Of a stretch of DNA of 64,000 nucleotides, positions 57,364-64,000 are shown one piece after another. Location: positions 3,648,001-3,712,000 of the forward strand of contig OZ244048.1 in NCBI GenBank assembly GCA_965215265.1, given 5' to 3'. The notes under the pieces are model-generated. The model saw only the letters and a program-made list of their open reading frames with translations. It searched no databases and was not told where the DNA came from. Both the position numbers and the translations under genes were made by a program. This DNA comes from Candidatus Poribacteria bacterium. GTDB lineage: Bacteria > Poribacteria > WGA-4E > WGA-3G. Position 1 is the first letter of the stretch. Each line of letters starts with the position of its first letter.

Positions 57364-57659
57364 TATGGTAATCCTCGGGTTTGATTTGGTTTGACAATTT
57401 TGTATTTTATCTCACCGGGTTTAATGTAGCCTAATCGTTTTCGAGCGAGACGTTGTTTCGTGAGCTCATCGGTTTTTAGCAATTCAATGTGGTGCTTAAG
57501 CAGGTCGCGTTCCGCTTCAAGTTTCTTGAGTTCAGCTAAATAGGATTGCTCAGCAAGCTGAGCTGTCTGCCAATCGCGGTAGCCGTTTAAGAATTGCTTG
57601 ATACTAGCGCCTAGTAAGGCAAGAGCAATAATAAAAAAAAGGAAACGGACAATGCGCAT
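57363..57659 (-). CDS. ftsB: Septum formation initiator FtsB/DivIC family protein
   Basis: N-terminal TM helix, coiled coil, LARKRLGYIKPGE; follows eno, a conserved gene order. Confidence 0.85.
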   Translation of the reverse strand: MRIVRFLFFIIALALLGASIKQFLNGYRDWQTAQLAEQSYLAELKKLEAERDLLKHHIELLKTDELTKQRLARKRLGYIKPGEIKYKIVKPNQTRGLP

Positions 57660-57732
57660 AAAGCGCTCCTTTCAAACGTGTTTATAGAGATAGCGATGGG
57701 CGGCTTTGCTGGATTACCGCCCGGATAGCCTG

Positions 57733-59064
<1,332 letters not shown>

Positions 59065-59258
59065 TTAGAGAAATCTACGGGTTGGTTATATAACTTTTAC
59101 GAAACACTTCGAGAAACGCAGACCATTCGAGAGGTTAGTCATTTCTAAAGAATGCCGTTCATCACACGTCCCATCAACATTTATTTGGTGAAGGTACCTC
59201 CGACGAGATAATTACAAGTCGGTTCATCTGAGATTCACCGTATCGCTTTAATCAAAAA

Positions 59259-59951
59259 CTATTCCTCAATAACCACCTCAGCGAGCATATAAGCGGAGAC
59301 TAAAAAGACAAGACTGTATCCAACTAATAAATTTAGCCAAAAACTGCCTACCAAACCTCCGGTTACCAATAGTGCGACGGTGCATTTCGCACCGCCCATA
59401 ATAATCGGAATAACAAGAGGTAGTAGTATAACAGAGAGGAGGCTTTCACCGCCACTAGTAGTCGTTGACATGGCCGAAAGCAGTACGCCGACTGCACAAA
59501 AACCGAGGGTGCCGATGCTCAGTACACCCAGCAACTTTATCAGCACATTCACCGTCACCACATCTAACAGGTCTAAAAATTGGAGGGCAATCGGTGTAAT
59601 GACAAGTTCTAATAGGAATAAAAAAATGAGGTTACTGATAACTTTAGAGAGGTAGAAATTACTCGCATCGACCCCGGTCAGCCGGATACCGTGCAAAGCC
59701 CCGTTCTTCCGCTCTATTGAAAAAGACCTATTTAAGCTAATAATTCCTGCAAAAACAAATGCTGCCCAGAGAACGCTGGCGGTTAACTTGCCGCGGTCTG
59801 TTTTTTCTGGGAAAATCGGGCCAAACGCAAAAGCAAAGATAAGAACAACCAGCAAACTAAAGATAAAGATAAGAGCCAAAGTCTCTTTTGAGCGGAATTG
59901 AAGTGCCAGATCTTTGCGAATCAGCCAATTAATTTGACGGAGTGCCTTCAT
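59259..59951 (-). CDS. ccmB: Heme exporter protein B
   Basis: KDL...RSKE, LNRSF..E, LLSVILLPLVIP; six TM helices; adjacent to ccmA. Confidence 0.9.
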   Translation of the reverse strand: MKALRQINWLIRKDLALQFRSKETLALIFIFSLLVVLIFAFAFGPIFPEKTDRGKLTASVLWAAFVFAGIISLNRSFSIERKNGALHGIRLTGVDASNFYLSKVISNLIFLFLLELVITPIALQFLDLLDVVTVNVLIKLLGVLSIGTLGFCAVGVLLSAMSTTTSGGESLLSVILLPLVIPIIMGGAKCTVALLVTGGLVGSFWLNLLVGYSLVFLVSAYMLAEVVIEE

Positions 59952-59988
59952 TTGAGATTCTTAATTCTAATTTTCCTCACTGACCCCG

Positions 59989-60687
59989 CTATATCACTCG
60001 CGATTCGTACTGCTGCACTAGATTGTCTACCTCAATTTGATTTTTGCTCGCGACATTTTCAAGTTCGCCATTTATCATAAAGAGGAAACGTGTGCCGGCA
60101 ACGTATCCCAGCTCCGTATTGTGCGTGGTGATGACGATGCCTCTACCATTCTGTCTTTCTTGTTCGATACGTTGGAGGACAAACTGCTTAGCGTTCGTAT
60201 CGAGTCCCGAAAAAGGTTCATCAAATAGAAGCACTGACGGTTTATGTAGCAAGGCTTTGGCTATCATAAAGCGCTGCGTCATGCCGCGCGAGAAAATCTG
60301 GATCGGTTCATGGATAAAGCGGCTCAGCCCGACTTCAGCAAGGAGCATTGTGCAGTGCTGCTCCAGCATTTCAACTCCGTACATGCGTCCGAAAAACTGC
60401 AGATTCTGATGCGGAGTGAATTCAGGGTATGCTAGGGAGTCGTGTATGACGACGCCCAAGTGTCTGCGAATAGAAATCGTATCTACTAAGGCATCAGTGC
60501 CTTCAATTTCCAGATGTCCGGATGTTGGCTGGAGGAGCGTGGCGAGGATTTTAATCAAGGTGGTTTTGCCGGCACCGTTGGGACCGAAAATCGTCACCAC
60601 TTCGCCAGCGTCAACCGCAATGTCTACGTCTTTGACAATCGTGCGGTGTCCGAAGGTTTTTGTAATGCCGGATGCACGGAGACGCAT
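59989..60687 (-). CDS. ccmA: Heme ABC exporter ATP-binding protein
   Basis: GPNGAGKTT, FSRGMTQR, LLFDEPFSGLD. Confidence 0.85.
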   Translation of the reverse strand: MRLRASGITKTFGHRTIVKDVDIAVDAGEVVTIFGPNGAGKTTLIKILATLLQPTSGHLEIEGTDALVDTISIRRHLGVVIHDSLAYPEFTPHQNLQFFGRMYGVEMLEQHCTMLLAEVGLSRFIHEPIQIFSRGMTQRFMIAKALLHKPSVLLFDEPFSGLDTNAKQFVLQRIEQERQNGRGIVITTHNTELGYVAGTRFLFMINGELENVASKNQIEVDNLVQQYESRVI

Positions 60688-60767
60688 GAAGAATTCGCGA
60701 CATCAAATGCGCGCCTATGTCAAGGTAGATAAGCACGTTATCTGACCTGATAGATAAAGGCAAGATT

Positions 60768-60843
60768 TTTGTATCAACCGGAAACAGACTCCCTCAGTCG
60801 ATGGGCCGCAGCGCTCAGCGGGGTTGTCTCCGGTGGATACAAA
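60768..60843. other. Long imperfect hairpin between korB and ccmA
   Basis: TTTGTATCAACCGGAAACAG ... TTGTCTCCGGTGGATACAAA arms. Confidence 0.7.
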
Positions 60844-60854
60844 CGGATGTTTTG

Positions 60855-61745
60855 CTACATCATTTCCCGAATAATCGCATCGCCTTGTTCTTTAGTGATA
60901 CCGAGGGGCTGATGTGCCATAGGACCATTTTGCAACACAGGTTCCATCTCATCCAAGGCATCGCGGCTGGTATCTTGATAAAACAGTCCAATAGGAATCT
61001 CATCACCCCATTTGACTGCCTGTTCGAGTGCGGCGGTTTTATCAGCCGGATCGTGATCTTCAAGTTCCTTCACACGAGGTTTGAAGAAATCAAAGGTATT
61101 GTCCTTATTGAAAGTGACGCACGGACTGAACACGTCAACAAGAGCGAACCCTTTGTGCGTCATGCCGTTATACATCAATTCTGCCAAATCTTTCGGCTTC
61201 CCGCTAAACCCTCTGGCGACGTATGTAGCCCCGGTAATAATCGCCATGGCGATAGGATTCAGGGGTGCCTCTATATTGCCGAAAGGTGTACTCTTGGTTT
61301 TCATTCCCATCATACTGGTTGGCGATGTCTGTCCGATGGTTAGCCCATAAATCTGATTGTTCATGACGATGTAGAGCAGATCTATATTTTTGCGCATTGT
61401 GTGCACAAAATGGTTCCCGCCGATGCCGTATCCATCACCGTCGCCGCCAGTGACAACGACGTTCATTTGATGATTGGCAAGTTTTGCGCCAGTTGCTACA
61501 GCGAGTGCTCTACCGTGTAGCGTATGCATGCCGTAAGTCCGAACGTAACCGGGGAGGTTAGAGGAGCATCCGATGCCGCTCACGGTTAAGTATTCGTGAT
61601 TGCCACGTCCGAGTTCTGCATAAGCGATTTGTAGGGCCCTGAGGACCCCGTAATCGCCGCACTGGGCGCACCAATCCGGCCGGGTATCACTCGCAAAGTC
61701 TTTCGCTGTGGGAGCACCGAGCACAGGTCTTTCTTTTTTCGCCAT
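60855..61745 (-). CDS. korB: 2-oxoacid:ferredoxin oxidoreductase beta subunit
   Basis: WCAQCGD, SGIGCS, HTLHGR, GGDGDG, NNQIYGLT, SPCVTF. Confidence 0.93.
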   Translation of the reverse strand: MAKKERPVLGAPTAKDFASDTRPDWCAQCGDYGVLRALQIAYAELGRGNHEYLTVSGIGCSSNLPGYVRTYGMHTLHGRALAVATGAKLANHQMNVVVTGGDGDGYGIGGNHFVHTMRKNIDLLYIVMNNQIYGLTIGQTSPTSMMGMKTKSTPFGNIEAPLNPIAMAIITGATYVARGFSGKPKDLAELMYNGMTHKGFALVDVFSPCVTFNKDNTFDFFKPRVKELEDHDPADKTAALEQAVKWGDEIPIGLFYQDTSRDALDEMEPVLQNGPMAHQPLGITKEQGDAIIREMM

Positions 61746-61763
61746 CTGATTCATCCTCCTTTA

Positions 61764-63545
61764 TTAGACAACAATTTCTTGGTAGGGGACGTAAAGGTCC
61801 GTCTTGCCACTTAAGATTTGTTTTGCCCCGTCAACGATATGATGCGGCATAAACGGTTCGCCATCGTATTTACGGATCTGTCCAGCGGCTTTAAAGCCAG
61901 TTTCGCCGCGCAAGAAACGCGCGAATTGACCGGTATAGTTACACTCGATAATGATGGCATGTGCTGCTTTGTCAAGTACTGCATTGACGATGTCTTCGTC
62001 GATTGGGTAGAGCCATTTGAAGTGGATATGGTTAGTCGGTGTGCCTTGTGCTGTTAGCAGTGCTGCGGCTTCGCTAATGACACTGTGCGTTGAGCCCCAC
62101 CCGATTAGTGTAATTTCTGCGTCTTCCGCTCCTTCCAAGGTCGGAGGAGGGAGAAGTTCGATGATACCATCCATTTTCCGCTGCCGTTTCTCCATGATGT
62201 CGCGTCTCTTGTGTGGATCGGTGAATTCATCACTAATCAATCCGCCGGCTTCATCGTGGTCATCGGTGGCAACGACGTGGACGTGGTCCGGCGTGCCCGG
62301 AATTGCACGCGGCGAGACACCGCTGTCAGTAATCAGAAACCGCAGATATTCGCCATCTGTTTGTCCAGGGTCTGTTATGAGTTCGCCACGATTGATTTCG
62401 GGTTGCCAATTAATCGAATTTGGATCAAATGTAGTAAAGCCCATCGAGAGTGTCAGATCAGAGAGAACCATGCCTGGGCACTGGAACTTATCGACTAAGT
62501 TAAAGAGTTCGGGGATAGTATCAAACCCATCCATGATGCCGGTCGGCGCGACGATAATCTTGGGAAAATCGCCTTGGCTGGCACCGAGGATTTGCCACAG
62601 ATCGCCTTGTTCAGTTTTAGTCGGTAAGCCGGTAGAGGGACCGCCGCGTTGGACATTAATGACGACCATCGGAATTTCCATCATCCCAGCACTGCCGATG
62701 GCTTCTGTCATGAGCGCGAACCCACCGCCAGAGGTTGCACACATCGCACGACACCCTGCATGGGCTGCACCGATAACCATGTTGACGACGCTGATCTCGT
62801 CTTCGCATTGCCGCACCATGATGCTTAAGTCACGTGCGTGATTTGCCATCCAGTGTAAAACACCCGTGGAAGGGCTCATCGGATAAGCACAGTAAAATTT
62901 CACCCCAGCTGCAGCACCGCCCATTGCCATTGCTGAATTACCGTCAACGAACGCCAGCGCAGGTTCCTGTTTTTCAAACTGCTGTTCAAACGTGGTGAAG
63001 TTTTCCGCTGCATAATTGTATCCTGCACGTGCAACACTAATATTGGCATCAACCATTGCTTGTCCCTTACGGAGGAACGTGCGGGTAATGATGTCCTCAA
63101 GTATCTGTAAATCCCCACCCACCATATTCAAGGCGACACCGAAGGTACAGATATTCAGCATCAGTTTTTTTCGATCGGTGTTGTTGGACAATTCTTTGTA
63201 AGAGATGGGACACAACTGGATGTCGTCTCTTTCCGGTTCTGCTTTAACGTCATCGCTGTTGTAAATAATTGCACCGCCGGGGGCGACATGGGGAAGGTGT
63301 TTCTCTAAACTGTTCCGGTCGAGTGCGATCATCAGATCGATCCTGTCACCATGGTTGGCAACCGGCTCGGAACTGATCCGGACGGTGAGGAAAGTATGCC
63401 CGCCGCGGATGAGAGATTGGTAGGCGCTATAAGTGAAGACATGAAGGCCGTGCCGAGCACAGATTTGACTCATACTTTTGCCAACAGTATCTATGCCTTG
63501 CCCGGGTGCCCCTCCTACAGCAATTACAAAATCGTACTTTGCCAT
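61764..63545 (-). CDS. korA: 2-oxoacid:ferredoxin oxidoreductase alpha (fused gamma-alpha) subunit
   Basis: GGAPGQG, IRGGH, YPMSP, QCEDEI, ATSGGG, QRGGPSTGLPT. Confidence 0.95.
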   Translation of the reverse strand: MAKYDFVIAVGGAPGQGIDTVGKSMSQICARHGLHVFTYSAYQSLIRGGHTFLTVRISSEPVANHGDRIDLMIALDRNSLEKHLPHVAPGGAIIYNSDDVKAEPERDDIQLCPISYKELSNNTDRKKLMLNICTFGVALNMVGGDLQILEDIITRTFLRKGQAMVDANISVARAGYNYAAENFTTFEQQFEKQEPALAFVDGNSAMAMGGAAAGVKFYCAYPMSPSTGVLHWMANHARDLSIMVRQCEDEISVVNMVIGAAHAGCRAMCATSGGGFALMTEAIGSAGMMEIPMVVINVQRGGPSTGLPTKTEQGDLWQILGASQGDFPKIIVAPTGIMDGFDTIPELFNLVDKFQCPGMVLSDLTLSMGFTTFDPNSINWQPEINRGELITDPGQTDGEYLRFLITDSGVSPRAIPGTPDHVHVVATDDHDEAGGLISDEFTDPHKRRDIMEKRQRKMDGIIELLPPPTLEGAEDAEITLIGWGSTHSVISEAAALLTAQGTPTNHIHFKWLYPIDEDIVNAVLDKAAHAIIIECNYTGQFARFLRGETGFKAAGQIRKYDGEPFMPHHIVDGAKQILSGKTDLYVPYQEIVV

Positions 63546-63722
63546 CTTGGCTCCTTTTGATTTTAAAGCGCGATGAGGAAATCGCGCTTACCATTCTTGA
63601 TATGCGTGGGTCCCAAACACGCATACATGCTTCTACCGGGAACAAATAAGCAAGTTACGTTTGTTTGTTAAATTCCCGATTTCTTCATAGGTGTACCACC
63701 TGCAATAATTCAACTTTTATTA

Positions 63723-63751
63723 ATTATACCACATTTGAAGCGCGTTTTCAA
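63723..63751 (-). promoter_or_regulatory. Sigma70-type promoter of korAB with overlapping palindrome
   Basis: TTGAAA-17 bp-TATAAT with extended TG; ATTTGAA-N7-TTCAAAT dyad at 63733-63753. Confidence 0.75.
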
Positions 63752-63848
63752 ATTTTTTTACCACTGTGCAGAAACCTACGGTTTTTGAAGAGAAGTCTGT
63801 TCAAAATTCTATAGTAACCCTCAGAACAAGTTTGCAGCATTTCCGGCA

Positions 63849-64000
63849 TTACGTCAGCAAGGTTTTGAGTGCATGCTGTGCCTCTGGGGTGCCAATCCTT
63901 TCTAAGGCGAAAACCACGTGATGCTGGACGCGCTCGGAGTCATCCTCAAATGCCTCTGCAATTGCAGGCACTGCAGCAGCGGCAGCTTCGCCAAGGTTCG
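63849..64000 (-). CDS. C-terminus of a HEAT/PBS-lyase repeat protein (truncated by window edge)
   Basis: Manual translation NLGEAAAAAVPAIAEAFEDDSERVQHHVVFALERIGTPEAQHALKTLLT-stop. Confidence 0.75.
   Translation of the reverse strand, partial: NLGEAAAAAVPAIAEAFEDDSERVQHHVVFALERIGTPEAQHALKTLLT

Noticed and set aside
62017-62841. Long antisense ORFs such as 62017-62841, 45012-45758, 2287-2877, 46253-46828 and 60801-61343
   Set aside because: They lie opposite well-supported genes, have no motifs or RBS and show the composition of shadow frames

Overview
Bacterial chromosomal window of roughly 48-50% GC by eye, densely coding. I found no rRNA, tRNA, CRISPR array, integrase or intact transposase. 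The gene mix (sulfatases, FGE-domain protein, phytanoyl-CoA dioxygenase, Gfo/Idh/MocA oxidoreductases, sugar isomerases, membrane-anchored VWA protein, TonB receptor) resembles Candidatus Poribacteria or similar sponge symbionts, but that is inference only. Housekeeping genes include argG, cmk, tyrA, eno, ftsB, ccmAB, korAB and a three-subunit xanthine-dehydrogenase-family molybdoenzyme. Three defence loci are present: a PabI-family restriction glycosylase with its methyltransferase (8.9-10.8 kb), a DUF4011-helicase-Vsr (Hhe-like) protein (25.3-30.0 kb) and, the most striking feature, a Type III R-M locus (47.6-56.3 kb). In that locus three tandem mod genes with near-identical ends but unrelated target-recognition domains precede one res gene. 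Two of the three mod genes are interrupted at the same G9 tract, where one extra G restores the frame. The conserved flanks are mosaic, and a 43-bp scar of a further mod 3' end lies upstream. Together this suggests a switchable, recombining multi-specificity system, with homopolymer sequencing error as the main caveat. Other oddities are a 40-bp palindromic repeat inserted in-frame in a gene, a small basic zinc-ribbon gene inside the molybdoenzyme operon, and several structured intergenic regions.
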